DNA of 62,373 bases, filler included, from 15 parts of 15 records of this genome joined end to end with filler, not necessarily neighbours in it, one strand, 5' to 3'. Positions 46,762 to 58,379 are shown, counted from the first letter of the whole stretch. The notes: generated by a model from the sequence alone, not told the origin. Numbers and translations are program-made.

Positions 46762-47890
46762 TTAGTTGCACTTGCCCCCGCTTCGCTCCGCAGCTCTGAG
46801 CAGCTCGGCAGTCTCTACGTGCCCGTTGATGGTGGCATAATACGAGGCGGTGTTGAAGCTCCCATCCCGGGCGCTCGGCGCCGCCCCACTCTCCACCAGC
46901 TCTCTCACCACCGCCGTGTGCCCCTGCAGCGCTGCCATGTGCAATGCCGTGCCTCGGTTCTGCCCAAACCGGTTAACTGACCAGCACTCCGTCCCAGGAC
47001 TCACTGCGTCCTCGGCATTCGGGTCGGCTTTGGCCGCCAGCAGAGCAGCAGCCGCCTGGCTGCTGCCATGGTGCGCTGCACAGTGCAACGGTGTCCACTT
47101 GTGTGTATCTGCAGCATCGTGCGTCGCCCGCGCGCTGAGCAGCGCTTCAACAAGCCCCGGCAGGTCACGGCGGGTGGCGTGGTGCAGAGCAGTCCGGCCG
47201 TGCTGCCCCCCGTCGGGCGAGCCGGGCCAACCTCGCACCATGTCCGCAGCGCCTGCCTCAGCGCCCCCCGCCAGCAATCGCTCTGCTGTAAGCGCGTGCC
47301 CGGCCTTGACCGCACAGAGGAGTGCCGTGTACCCCGACTGCCCTGCCTCACCCGCTGCCGCCGACCAAACGCACCGACTCCCGAAGCTCTGTTGCCGCTT
47401 TACTCTCAAGCAGCAGCGTCGCCACCGCCGCCTGCCCCTCCCCAGCCGCCGCGTGCAGAGCGGCGACGCCGTCGGCGTCCTGCCAGTTCACTGCAGCCCC
47501 ATGATCGAGCAGCATGCCCACTGCCGCCCGCCGGCCAGCCCCCGCCGCCAGCTGCAGCGGAGCCGTCCGCCTCCGGCTGGTTGGTGCTGCGCGGATCCGG
47601 TCGGGGCGGAACCGACAGACGAGCAGCATCTGGCTGTCGGGCCCCGCGGCGGCGGCCCGGGCCAGGTCGACGGTGCCGGCCTGGCGGTTCCAGTCGGCGG
47701 CAAGCTCGGCCGCCAGGTGCTTAGTGAGCCGGCCTAACAACTCTGGAGCGGCCCCGAACCGGTAAAGCTGGGAGCCTGGGTCGCTGGCACCCAGCAGCAC
47801 CTGCCGGAGCGCGGGGAAATCCCACGGCCCGACCGGCGGCCTGGGCAGGTCCCACAGCCACGCGCCGCAGACAACCTCCCGGCCAGACAT
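46762..47890 (-). CDS. Ankyrin-repeat protein, 3 introns
   Basis: About 7 repeats of G.T(A/P)LH.AA..G....V..LL..GA. Confidence 0.85.
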
Positions 47891-47990
47891 CCGGTGTGAG
47901 CCGAAGAGTTGTGCCGTTATTACCGCGGGCCCGTGCGGTCGCTTAGCTCGGCGGTCTCGTCCTTGCACGTCGAGCGGGCTTGTGCAGAGG

Positions 47991-48664
47991 ATGGGTACCT
48001 TGTGCTCGCGCGGGGAGCCCGAGTCGCTGGTGGGGGGCGGGCGGGCGTCCACCCAGCCGCTGGTGTACGAGCCTCCGGCCGAGCCGGCGGGGGACCAGCA
48101 GCTCGACCGGTCTGGCCTGGTCGAGCAAGCGGTCAAGGACGGGCTGTTCGAGCGGGCGCCCGCGGCCAAGCAGGAGAAGGCCGATCCGTTGGACGACGCG
48201 TTCGAGGCGCAGTTCGTACAGGAGCCCGGCGCCGGGCAAACCAGCACCGCCGTGCCCCGCAGCGGGTTGCCTCGGACCAACAGCCTTAACTCGCTCTGCT
48301 CGAGCGTCAACGGAAGCCCCGACTGGGCCGAGGCGCTGGTACGGGCCGGCCGGGCGCGCGGTGAGCCGGCGGCAGGACCAGGAGTCGGGGCTTTATTATT
48401 ACTGGAATGAGGTGACCGGCGAGAAGAGCTGGAAACACCCCGACGAGGTGGGACGGCGGGGCTGGTCGTGCGGCTGACGGGGGGCAGCCGGTGGAGCTGG
48501 CGGCGCCGTTTGAGATGTGGTGGTCTGTGCCGAACAAGGAGATCCAAGTGCAGGGCAGCCGGTATAGGTATTATTATTGGAACACGACCTCGCAGGAGGT
48601 GAGCTGGAACCGGCCCAACTCGCGGCTGAGCCCCCAGTCAAGCCCCGAAAAGCAAAAGCCTTGA
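47991..48664 (+). CDS. N-acylated (MGTLCS) tandem WW-domain protein, 2 introns
   Basis: PDWAEAL|DQESGLYYYWNEVTGEKSWKHP and YRYYYWNTTSQEVSWNRP. Confidence 0.7.
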
Positions 48665-49034
48665 GCTCAGTGCCACCTGTGGAGATAAGCTTGGATTGCA
48701 TAACACTTTCGCAACTGATGGCCATGCAATCGATGTGGGACCTTATAGACCTGTCATTGCATCTTGGATAGATTATTCTACGTATGGACTAGTTATTAAA
48801 GTAAACCTAAATCATTTGAGACAACACCGCTGACAAGTTCGAGGACTAGTGGATAAGCCCGTCTCGAGACATCATAAGTACGAATATTCTCATCAACCGC
48901 CAACAAAAGGTATGTGTAGATACATGTAATCGTATACGTCAAATCTATGTGTAATAACTGGTCATTAAAGTACCTATAAAAAGCCGAACTCAAACGCGAG
49001 CTCGTTGTAGATTAAATTAACTACCTGATGTTGA

Positions 49035-49673
49035 TCAATCAAAGCCATACACTTTCCCGTCTGACAGAAAGAGCCGATTGGCATCGCAGTGCACCTGCAC
49101 GGCGTCGGTGACCTCCTTCAGGCTGCCCCACTGGTCAGTCACCTGCCGCCTGTAGCCGGCACACCTGTACGCGTTCTCGGCCGACCGGTCCTTGTTCACC
49201 TCCTGCAGGATGGCGCTCAGAGTCATGCTACTCCCCCCGCATCGCTGCATCGCCCGGAACACCAGCGTGACGCAGCGCTGCCTGCGCGCGTTCTGCAAGG
49301 TCGGATCCTCGCTCCGGCGCTCGGTGGGCTGGGCCGGCGTCCGGGCCAGCTCGGCCGGCAGGGGCCGAGCGGCCATCCGGAGCGCATGCTGGGCATCGTC
49401 AAACCCGAACAGGGTGTGCCCCTGTCTCTTGAGCGCGTGGAGCACGTCATTGCAGATTACGGTCCGCCGCCGGCCGTGCTCGGTGTACGCGACCGTGTCC
49501 CGCACCACCTTGCTCACGAAGCTCCGGAGGGCCGATCTAGCGTCCTCGTAGACTAGCCCGGACATGCGCTTGACCCCGCCCCGTCGGGCCAGCCGCTTGA
49601 TGTCGCCCGGCGTGATCCCGCTGATTGCGTCCCGCAACACCAGCCGGTGGCGCTTGGCCCCGGGCGCCTTCAT
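49035..49673 (-). CDS. Divergent histone H4 variant fused to a winged-helix-like C-terminal domain, 198 aa, intron 49123-49164
   Basis: [11 protein letters not shown]...[13 protein letters not shown]...YTEH...[12 protein letters not shown] followed by about 105 extra residues. The in-frame 42-nt GT-AG intron has a CTGAC branch motif. Confidence 0.88.
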   Translation of the reverse strand: MKAPGAKRHRLVLRDAISGITPGDIKRLARRGGVKRMSGLVYEDARSALRSFVSKVVRDTVAYTEHGRRRTVICNDVLHALKRQGHTLFGFDDAQHALRMAARPLPAELARTPAQPTERRSEDPTLQNARRQRCVTLVFRAMQRCGGSSMTLSAILQEVNKDRSAENAYRCAGYRRQVTDQWGSLKEVTDAVQVHCDANRLFLSDGKVYGFD

Positions 49674-49968
49674 CTCTGACCCCGGAGGTTGCCGAGTTGC
49701 CGCCAAGCCAAATGGCGCGAACGTTCAAATCCTCCGGTCCGTTGATTTTAACGGATGCATAAGCCGTCTGCGCGTCTGGGGCTCCCCACTGCCCAGCTAC
49801 CTTCTACCGCTGCTCACTGGTAGCTCACTGGGGCCATCCTCTGGCAAGTCTGTCACCGTCTGATTATCTGATTGGCACGAGGCAGTCTACATCGAGGGCG
49901 AAAGCATCACCCCGGAGCGGCAACAACAGTACGCCGAGCTTTTTCTACTGGCAGTGCCCTATCGCCGC

Positions 49969-50080
49969 TATCGGGTATCGGGTATCGGGTATCGGGTGGC
50001 GGGTATCGGGTATCGGGTGGCGGGTACCGGGTGGCGGGTGGCGGGTACCGGGTGGCGGGTACCGGGTGGTGGATATCGAG
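49969..50080 (+). repeat. Heptamer tandem array T(AT/GG/AC)CGGG x14 plus 2 degenerate units
   Basis: Units TATCGGG, TGGCGGG and TACCGGG in exact 7-nt register over 49969-50066. Confidence 0.95.
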
Positions 50081-50521
50081 TGGTATTCTCAAATGAGAGG
50101 AAATCACACAAAGGCGTCATGTGGCGGGCATCTGATTGAAAATGTTATCGTGATTTATCTAAGGCCCTCTAGNNNNNNNNNNNNNNNNNNNNNNNNNNNN
50201 NNNNNNNNNNNNNNNNTTAATTAATTAANNNNNNNNNNNNNNNNNNNNNNNNNNNNNNNNNNNNNNNNNNNNCCCCCCCCCCCGGAACTTGGATTAAGCG
50301 GCTAGTGGCCATGGGCGGAGGTATATACATAGTATTATATATATGACCGCGAGAACGGGGGTATGACCCCGAGCTCGATTGAGTAGTTAACATACCTGTA
50401 GGACTATGAATTGTTATAAACACTGCGTGTTTCTACTATTTTAAGCCAAGGCTTTCAGCCGCTGGCTGAGATCAGCTCCCAATCAGCTTTAAACTTGCCC
50501 CGAGCTCCTCGCCCGGAGCTC

Positions 50522-51663
50522 CTAGTCGTCATCATCAGCCAGCATGTCTTGCACCTGGCCGCGGCCGGGTCAGTTGGACGGCTTGTTGGGCCCGGACCTC
50601 CTGCACCAGCTTGTTCATCTCCTTCTGCTGCAGCGCTATCTCCTCATCCCTCTTGACCTAAGCCTCAGCACTGAGCATTCGCCCGGTGTTGGGCCCCAGC
50701 CCGAGCGGGCCGAGCTATAACGGACCAGCTGATCCCGCAGCCCGGCGTTGGCCTTCTCTAACCTCTCAACCTGCGCGCCAGGCAAGCGTCAGGCTCCAAA
50801 TTAGCTCCATTGTCGAGTCACCTTCTCCTCTAATTTGGCCTTCTCCTCTTGCCCTGGCAAGGCTCACCATACGACCCAGCCCGCAGCTCACCTGACTCGG
50901 CCGCTGCCTCCAGCTCCTTCACCCTACTTGCAAGCGCTTCGTCCTCCCGCTCAGCTGCCGCGTCCACCACCCTCGCCTGCTTGCCCGCTGCGGGCTCACC
51001 CGCTGCTGCCCCCCCGCTCTCACGCACCGGCGGGCTCGCACACCTGGCGGCCTCTCCATGCTGCTGGCTTGCAGCGCGGCGAACGCCTCGCGCGAGGCTG
51101 TGTCCGGCGCCTCAGCGGGGCCCCTTGGCCGGGTCGCCTGCAAGTTCCATGCGGAGCTCCCGGATCTGGCGCTCGGTAGCTTTCACTCGCTCCTCCAGCG
51201 GCCTGCGCCCCCCTCAGCCGGGCCCCGGCCGCACCGGCCACCCGGGGGTCTCGGCCGGGCTGTGAAACACCTCGCGGGCAAGCGGCGACGGCCTGCTGGG
51301 GCTCTGGGAGCCCACAGCGGGGGCTGGAACCGTTCTGCCGGCGAGGAGAGCGGACTCGTAACTGGACTGGCGCGCTGGTTGGCCTGCGCCGCCAGCTGAG
51401 CCGGGCCCGGCGCCCCTGCGACCTGCTCGAAGATCGCCCGGCGCGACTCTGTCGCCGGGCTCAGCCCCGGCCGGTAGGTTGGGCCACCTGATAGCGCCGC
51501 CCGCATCCCGGCGATGTCTTGCTCCAGCTGGGCCACCTGCCGCCCGGTCAGCCCTCGCCCGAACCGGCCCGCGCACCGACTTGCCCGCCAGCGGGCTCGC
51601 CGTCGGGGCCCTCAGCGCCGTGTGGAACATCGCCCGCTCACCACGGTGCTCTCACACCTGCAT
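50522..51663 (-). CDS. Unknown coiled-coil protein, multi-intron
   Basis: The terminal exons splice to VKRDEEIALQQKEMNKLVQE|VQDMLADDDD-stop. The 5' structure is not resolved. Confidence 0.4.
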
Positions 51664-51875
51664 GGATGGTCCTGCCGTTGGCTAACCCGTAACCGTGCAG
51701 ATCCTTTGCTGCTATAGGCCGCCGAGTAGCTATAGGATCGTAGGATATAGGGATTTAAGACAAATTTAATGAGGATAGAGCTCCTAAAGATGATTGGTCA
51801 CGTCGAGCATCGCCACGTAATTAAGCGAGTGACAATGGAAGCGCCCAATCCAAATTCACCGCGTTCACATAATTA

Positions 51876-53270
51876 TTATCGCTTTGGATTGAAACGACTA
51901 TTTGCCACCAACCACGTGTCGACCAATACATCTTGAAGCGAGCACCGCTCGGCAGGAGCCTTCGCCAGCATCCTAGCACACAGCTGGATGCATCCACCCG
52001 ACCGCCCCGCCCATTCCAGCCCTTGAAAACAGACCACCTGCGCTGGATCGACCACCTCATCTTGACTTGCAAACGGAAGTCGATTCGCCAACAGCGTATA
52101 AAGTATACACCCGAGCGACCACACGCTGCCCCAACTCAACCCAATTCAGCTCTCAGCCAACGCACTCGATCTTGGGCCCATAGTCTGCCAGCTGGTGCGC
52201 TCGGCCCGACGAACTCACCACCGTGCTCGCGTTGCACTCGTCCAGAATCTCCGGCGCGTTAAACCCTTTGGTGCCCACCTGCGCCGTGTGCAGCCTCTTG
52301 AGGCCTCCAGACTCCTCGCTGTGCACGAGCTTGCTCAACCCAAAATCAGCCACCTGCCAAGGCTTAAACTCGACCATGAAAGGGGTCGCCTTGAGGGTGA
52401 CCAGGCAGTCGGGCTCTTGGTAGGCACAGAGCACATTCTCTGGCTTAAGATCTCTATGCAGACAACCGCAGCTGTCCCACACATGCCGCAGTGCCAGCGC
52501 AATACAGTGGACTGCTGTGGCCGCCTCCGGCTCAGTCGGTGGCTCGCCGGCCGCAAATCTGTTGTCGATCCAGGTCTGCAGGTCTGGTGAGCCGACCTCG
52601 CCGCCAGGGACTAGGTCCATCATGACGAACACGGCCATGTCGTGGAAATAACAATCCAGCGGTCGCGCCACCTGCAGCCCCAACTGAGCCCTGCAGCGCC
52701 CCAGAGAGTCACGTTCGGGTGAGCGCCGCATGCCATCATCAGTCCGATCTCCACGGAGAGGCAGCCGGGAGGATGTTTGCCGTTGCTAGTCTCCCGGCGC
52801 CACTTGTGCAATGCGCTCACGCTGTTGGGCTCGATTATCTTACAGGCACACACGTGCCCCGATATCCTGTGTCTAACCCTGTAAACTGTCCCAAATGCGC
52901 CAGCTCCGATGAAGCAGCTCTGGTCCTCAATGCCGTCATACAGCAGCCGAGGGTCCTCCCGCTTGACGGCTTCATTCACCCTCTCGGCGAACTGCCGCTC
53001 CCCTCGGCGGGCAATCCGGGCCAGATCGGCCTCCAGCAGCCGCTGCTGCGCTTGTGGGAACAGTTTTTCGGCCAACCGATCTGCCTTGGCCCAGCTGGAA
53101 GCAGGAGCCCCCTCGGGCTGCATGCTCACCCGATCAGCGCTCCGGGCGGTGCTCTGGACGGCCTGCGTGTACCGGCGGCTCGACGTACTCACCCAGCGCA
53201 CCCCGGTCGCGGCCTGATCCTCGGCAGCTGTCTCCTCGGGCTCGGCTTGGGCTGTCGCCTCGGCGTCCAT
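51876..53270 (-). CDS. Ser/Thr protein kinase (CAMK-like), spliced
   Basis: Motifs IGAGAFGTV, ACKII, HRDLKPEN, DFGLSK, GTKGFNAPE and VWSLGCILY. Confidence 0.9.
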
Positions 53271-53427
53271 GGCTGACCACCTTGCAGTTGACCATGTCGT
53301 CGCNNNNNNNNNNNNNNNNNNNNNNNNNNNNNNNNNNNNNNNNNNNNTTAATTAATTAANNNNNNNNNNNNNNNNNNNNNNNNNNNNNNNNNNNNNNNNN
53401 NNNGTAAAGACTTAATTCAGTGGCCAG

Positions 53428-54969
53428 CTACAGCTGGACAACTTTCAACTTGAGCTCCTCAAGCCCATCGGCCGTAGTGCATGAACTTTGGAGGAAGGCG
53501 CTTCCAAGCAACAGCAATGCTTCAGCCCTTTGTGACCGCGCATCGACACTCACACCTCGGTCGTACAAGACATTCCACACAGCGCATCGAGTGGTCCACT
53601 CGATCTCAACAACAGTCAACGCAAACATAGTATCCACCAGCGAATCCAGTGTGGGCATTTCGGTATGGCTGCCTGGCATAGCACCAGTATGCATCGCCAC
53701 CCGAAGTGCACCACTCAACACATGCCAGTGGCTCGAGTACCCATGCACCTTTTCACTAACTGTACCATAAGCCGCTGCAAGTCGGCTCCCCACCAGCTGT
53801 GAAGCCTGATCGACGTAAATCTGGCCGAGAATCCCCATCAAGGTCCCGCCCAGCACAGTTTGCTCTTGCTCGAGTGGAGCCACCAGCCGCTGCACGGCAT
53901 CCTCCGGCCCACTCGAACTGGCCACCTCGTCAAGTGCCTCTGCCAGCGACATTGCCACGCAGAGCTCCCGTTTACGTTGTCTAAACTGCATTAGCGCTAC
54001 CAGAGCTGGCCTGGGCTGGCTGAGCAGCTCAGATTCGGACAACTCGGCGAGAAACGCGCCCTGTGGCTCGCCCAGCCAGCGCAGCCACCGCTCCGTGCCA
54101 AATAACAACTCGAACAGCACCGTGGGCTGGAGAAGCGCCGCCCCTTGCACCCGCCGCGTGCCTCCAGTGTCGTACGCCCTTCGGCTCCGAGGGTCGGCCA
54201 GAACCTGGTACGCGGTGGAAAGCTGCTGGAACTCTTCAGAGGCTTGCCCTGTCCTGTCTGGGTGGCATCTTCGAGCTCGGGCAAAGTACTGCCGCCGAAT
54301 TGTATCAAACGGCGCATCGGGCGCGACGCCCAGCGTGTCATAATACCGCGTGTCGGCAACTGCTATTCTTCTGGGATGAGTTGCATGCACCTGCGGCCCT
54401 GCAGCCTCGCTGCCAAGTTCATCCCCAGCCTCATCCAACAGCAGCCACTCCTGCGCCGTGCGCCACTGCTCAAGCACCTGCTCGTCCTCCAGCTGCGCTG
54501 CCGCGTGTCCGGCCGGCAGATCAAACGCCTGATACTCCCGATAGTACGGGTTCCAGTCGAGCGCTTCCCCCTGTCGCTGAACGCTCGCGGCCGTCTGTAC
54601 CAGCCCAGCCCTCAACTGCTTTGCCCCAGTGTACACCCCGGCGGCGCTCAGCCCGACGAGCGCCCCGGCCCCGAGGACCAGCCCGCCCGCCAGCCCAAGC
54701 GCCCCCTCGGCCCGCGCCCCGATCACCGGGGCGGCCACAAGGCAGGCGGTCCCTGCCGCGGCCCCCTTGATCACATTCTTTACTGCCGACTGGGCCCCGG
54801 CAACCACGTGCTGCGGTCGGCGCGCCGAGAAGAGCGAGAGCTCGGCCGCCTCGGCCGCCAGCCCAAGCACGGCGTCCGGACCCCGGGGCAGCCCAGCCGC
54901 CAGGAACTGCTCATGCAAGTAGGCCGCGAACGGCTCGGTCCGCACCGCCACTGCATCGTCCGGCTCCAT
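53428..54969 (-). CDS. J-domain protein with DnaJ-X-like C-terminus; intronless
   Basis: YYDTLGV...CHPDR...FQQLSTAYQVLADP...YD, followed by LFELLFG and EALLLLGSAF. Confidence 0.85.
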   Translation of the reverse strand: MEPDDAVAVRTEPFAAYLHEQFLAAGLPRGPDAVLGLAAEAAELSLFSARRPQHVVAGAQSAVKNVIKGAAAGTACLVAAPVIGARAEGALGLAGGLVLGAGALVGLSAAGVYTGAKQLRAGLVQTAASVQRQGEALDWNPYYREYQAFDLPAGHAAAQLEDEQVLEQWRTAQEWLLLDEAGDELGSEAAGPQVHATHPRRIAVADTRYYDTLGVAPDAPFDTIRRQYFARARRCHPDRTGQASEEFQQLSTAYQVLADPRSRRAYDTGGTRRVQGAALLQPTVLFELLFGTERWLRWLGEPQGAFLAELSESELLSQPRPALVALMQFRQRKRELCVAMSLAEALDEVASSSGPEDAVQRLVAPLEQEQTVLGGTLMGILGQIYVDQASQLVGSRLAAAYGTVSEKVHGYSSHWHVLSGALRVAMHTGAMPGSHTEMPTLDSLVDTMFALTVVEIEWTTRCAVWNVLYDRGVSVDARSQRAEALLLLGSAFLQSSCTTADGLEELKLKVVQL

Positions 54970-55119
54970 AGCGCTAGGGCGGTGACTTCCGCGGTGCTGG
55001 AACTGCCGAGTACGGCCGACGGGGAGCGCGGAGTGAGCGGTGGACCCTGCCTGCTCTGTTGCCAAAGCCAGCTACAGTGCCAAGGTTGCCTCCTCTGCAG
55101 CTGCCAAATCCGTTGAACA

Positions 55120-57456
55120 ATGCTGACAGGAGCGCTACTTGTGGTGCTCGGCGTATGCGCGGGGCTGGAGCTGCAGGACCCGACCGGGCGGCTCGCGGGC
55201 TTCTCGGTCAGCCACTCCGGCGCTCTTCTCTTCTCAGCCTCTCAGGGGCCGGCCGTGTTCCTCGACGGTCGGTGGCACGCCGCACGGACAGGCAACCTCG
55301 CGTTCGTCCGTGCGGCCCCAGTCTCCGGGGCCGACGCGGCGCTCGGCACCTACACCGGCACGGGCGTGGACTGGCTTGCCGGATTATGCCGCGTGCGCAC
55401 GACCGTCAAGGTGTTCAGCTCGGTCGACGCGATGGTGTTTGAGACGTCGTTCCCGGACGGTGCCAACCGGACCAGCCCGGTCGAGCTGATCAATGGCACT
55501 ACCCGGGACGCGGTAGCGGTCAACTTCCCGATGTTCTCGAGCGTAGCGTTGCCCGACCAGCTCTCGTGGCAGGGCAGCTTTGTCCAGCCCACCAGGCAGT
55601 CCACCGGGCCGACCGGCGGGCCCACTGTGTTCTTCAATTCGAGTGACAGCCAATTGGGCACCGTGGTGGTCGGAAGCGCCATGTCCCGGTTCAAGACAAG
55701 CTCGGCCGGGCCGGGCAAAGGGTGGGACGGCGTGACGGGTTGGGCTCCTGGGACAGCTGGGACAGTGCGCTCGTTTGAGCCAGGGTTTAAGCAGCAGGTG
55801 ATGCTCTATCTGTCGCAAGGGATCACCAATACTGTGGCCGAGTGGGGCAGGCTGCTGCAGCGGGTGCACCGCACTTACAAACTCGAGGACCCTACGCTCG
55901 ACTATATCGGCTACCAGACGGACAACGGGGCAGCGTACGTCTTCTGCAACGGCAATTGCTCACACACGCTAATAGCGAAACTGGCGGAGCTGCGAGAGGC
56001 GGGGGTCCCGATGGGGTACCTCTCCTACCAAGGCGCCGGCGCAAGCACGTTCGATGCAGCGCCCCCCGCGGCGCCATGGTGCGTGAACACTTGGGGCCCG
56101 GATCTTCCAGGCCATGGCTCGTATCCTTTGCCTCTGCGCGATTTGCAGCGCGCCATTGGGGTGCCGCTGCAGTTATACGCGCCTTACTTTTGTCCCTCCA
56201 GCGATTACTTTAATAGCTCGTCCAGATGGCACTCGGTGGTCTCAGACACTTCGCTTGAGGGTTGCCATGATTACGGATTTCAGGACATCCAGCCGGCCCA
56301 GTCCAGGGAGTTCTATGACTGGTTTTTCAATAAAGGGGTCGAGGTCGGCATGGTGTCTTTTGAACCCGACTTCATGAATCAGAACTACAACTGTGTTCCT
56401 GAATTCATCCATTCGACAACTGCTGCTGATGTTTGGCAGCAAGGGCAGGCACAGGCGGCCCTGGCTCGGAATCTCACGATTCAATGGTGCTATGCAACTC
56501 CAACAGACGTGCTAGCGGCCCTGGCAATGCCGGCTGTCACTAACTTCCGGGTGTCGCTGGACTTCTGCTACGGGCGGTCATGGGACATTGGCGTCTCAAG
56601 CCTTTTGGTCTGGGCTCTCGGGTCGAAACCATCAAAGGATACTCTGTGGACTTCTGACAACGGCCGCTTGAAGGTGCCAGGCTGCAACTGGACTCCTGAC
56701 CATGAAGCACCTGCTGCAGAGCTCCACGTTGTCTTGGCGTTGATGAGCACAGGGCCTGTTGGCATCTCGGATTTACTGAATGCCACGAATGTTGGGTTGA
56801 TCCAGCGGACGATTTCACAGTCTGGCCTACTCCTGAAGCCGTCAAAGGCCATCACATCTGTCGATTCGAGCTTGGCTGGTGGGGAAAGTGCACCAAACGG
56901 AAACGTGTACGGGACCTTCTCGGCTGTGGGGTCCCTTCTTGTGCACCAGTTTGTTTCATTTCAGCTCAAATCACCCTACCGACTCCAGCGTCGAGATTTC
57001 TATCCCGATCTGCACGCCGATACTTCGCGCTTAGTACATCGACGGTTTGGTGATCCACCGTGTCGTCACGAGGCGCCTGCAACCTCTTGCGTATCATTCA
57101 TCAATCAAAGTGAGCCCTTGCCAGTACTTCCCAGCTCGGATATGACAAACGTAACTGGTGGCACAGACTACGCACCAACTGTGACAGCAGTTTGGAGTAT
57201 GTGTGTTTCTGGCTGGGCACTTCTGGGAGAGCTAGGGAAGTATGTCCCGATATCACCCCAGAGATTCGCGAATGACTCGGGCTGCACCCAAGAGGGCTTG
57301 CGGGTTTCTATGATGGGGATAGCAGGAGAGCAAGTGCAGATAGCTCTTCTGCAGCCTTCAGATAGCTCAAGTACACACAACAGCGGGCATGAGCGTGTTG
57401 TATTGGTGTCAAGGACCATTCCCAACTCCGGCCGAGTAACTATTTCGTTGCCTTGA
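55120..57456 (+). CDS. Secreted glycoside-hydrolase-like protein (GH36/raffinose-synthase-like TIM barrel inferred), 778 aa; intronless
   Basis: Signal peptide and many N-glycosylation sequons. Blocks GYQTDNGA, FEPDFM, IQWCY, FRVSLDF and MSTGPVGISD. Confidence 0.6.
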   Translation: MLTGALLVVLGVCAGLELQDPTGRLAGFSVSHSGALLFSASQGPAVFLDGRWHAARTGNLAFVRAAPVSGADAALGTYTGTGVDWLAGLCRVRTTVKVFSSVDAMVFETSFPDGANRTSPVELINGTTRDAVAVNFPMFSSVALPDQLSWQGSFVQPTRQSTGPTGGPTVFFNSSDSQLGTVVVGSAMSRFKTSSAGPGKGWDGVTGWAPGTAGTVRSFEPGFKQQVMLYLSQGITNTVAEWGRLLQRVHRTYKLEDPTLDYIGYQTDNGAAYVFCNGNCSHTLIAKLAELREAGVPMGYLSYQGAGASTFDAAPPAAPWCVNTWGPDLPGHGSYPLPLRDLQRAIGVPLQLYAPYFCPSSDYFNSSSRWHSVVSDTSLEGCHDYGFQDIQPAQSREFYDWFFNKGVEVGMVSFEPDFMNQNYNCVPEFIHSTTAADVWQQGQAQAALARNLTIQWCYATPTDVLAALAMPAVTNFRVSLDFCYGRSWDIGVSSLLVWALGSKPSKDTLWTSDNGRLKVPGCNWTPDHEAPAAELHVVLALMSTGPVGISDLLNATNVGLIQRTISQSGLLLKPSKAITSVDSSLAGGESAPNGNVYGTFSAVGSLLVHQFVSFQLKSPYRLQRRDFYPDLHADTSRLVHRRFGDPPCRHEAPATSCVSFINQSEPLPVLPSSDMTNVTGGTDYAPTVTAVWSMCVSGWALLGELGKYVPISPQRFANDSGCTQEGLRVSMMGIAGEQVQIALLQPSDSSSTHNSGHERVVLVSRTIPNSGRVTISLP

Positions 57457-57474
57457 TTACATGCAGCAATTCGC

Positions 57475-57746
57475 TACATGTACGTAATGTTAGAATCATT
57501 ATTTATACATGTATTGATTGCATGCAATCATGTGCAATCACTGATGCATAATTACATGTATGCGCAAAACTAGATTAATGAACTTTCATACTTGCCCATA
57601 CATGATCATGATCGTATACGTAGCTAGCGCATGGCCATTACATGGCCATGCACACTTACATGCATAGTTATATATGTACAAGTAAAATAAATCGATCGCG
57701 AGTAAGCTAGGCGATCACCCAGATCACCGAATCAGAATTACATGTA
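57475..57746. promoter_or_regulatory. Cluster of TACATGTA palindromes in a convergent 3' spacer (candidate 3'-processing element)
   Basis: Exact copies at 57475, 57506, 57553 and 57739. Nine more exact copies elsewhere all lie downstream of stop codons. Confidence 0.45.
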
Positions 57747-57851
57747 TAGAGCGAACATCTCCTGAGCTATCCGTCTATGTAGATTACGGAGACACAATAC
57801 GCTGACAACACGCTTTGATTACGATTTGATGCACATGTATTTGTGATTTGA

Positions 57852-58379
57852 CTAATTTCTACCGGCGACAAGCTCTTCGTTGTTTCTTTCAACAAGCACT
57901 TGGTACTTTTTCAGTTCGTCATCTTTTGCTTTCAACTCAGCTTCAAGAGCAGCAACCCGTGCAGCGAGTTCTTTATCTTCTGCTGGGGAAGCTGCGTGGT
58001 CATTCTGCTTCTCGCCAAACTTGACATTCCGTATACGAGGTGCAACAATCATATCATTGATACCGCGCAGCCACGCCACCACAGCATCCGGCTCGGCTGC
58101 GCGATTTGCCAGTAGCCCTGCCTTGTAAGTATTGGGGTCATTGCTAGCAACTTCGTTCGGTTTGGAGCCTGAGAACCAGCTCGAAGCACCGGCCTTGCCG
58201 GCACTCGTGGAGCCAGCCTGGTTGCTGTCGGCAGCGGCTACGCTTGCTTCTCCGAGCTGTGCCAGCACGTGATTCGCAGGATGCTCCAGCCCCTCCACAT
58301 CTGGATGGCCTGATAGTGCCGCGTTTACTATAGCACCGCTCTTTGCAGCCCGCAGCCTTGGAATATTCCCTGCTGCCAT
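57852..58379 (-). CDS. Unknown protein with C-terminal coiled coil
   Basis: 175-codon ORF ending in an AT-rich convergent spacer. It may be 5'-truncated. Confidence 0.5.
   Translation of the reverse strand: MAAGNIPRLRAAKSGAIVNAALSGHPDVEGLEHPANHVLAQLGEASVAAADSNQAGSTSAGKAGASSWFSGSKPNEVASNDPNTYKAGLLANRAAEPDAVVAWLRGINDMIVAPRIRNVKFGEKQNDHAASPAEDKELAARVAALEAELKAKDDELKKYQVLVERNNEELVAGRN

Noticed and set aside
49907-50139. Repetitive ORFs such as TRYPPP and GYRVSG
   Set aside because: They are translations of the heptamer array, not credible genes.
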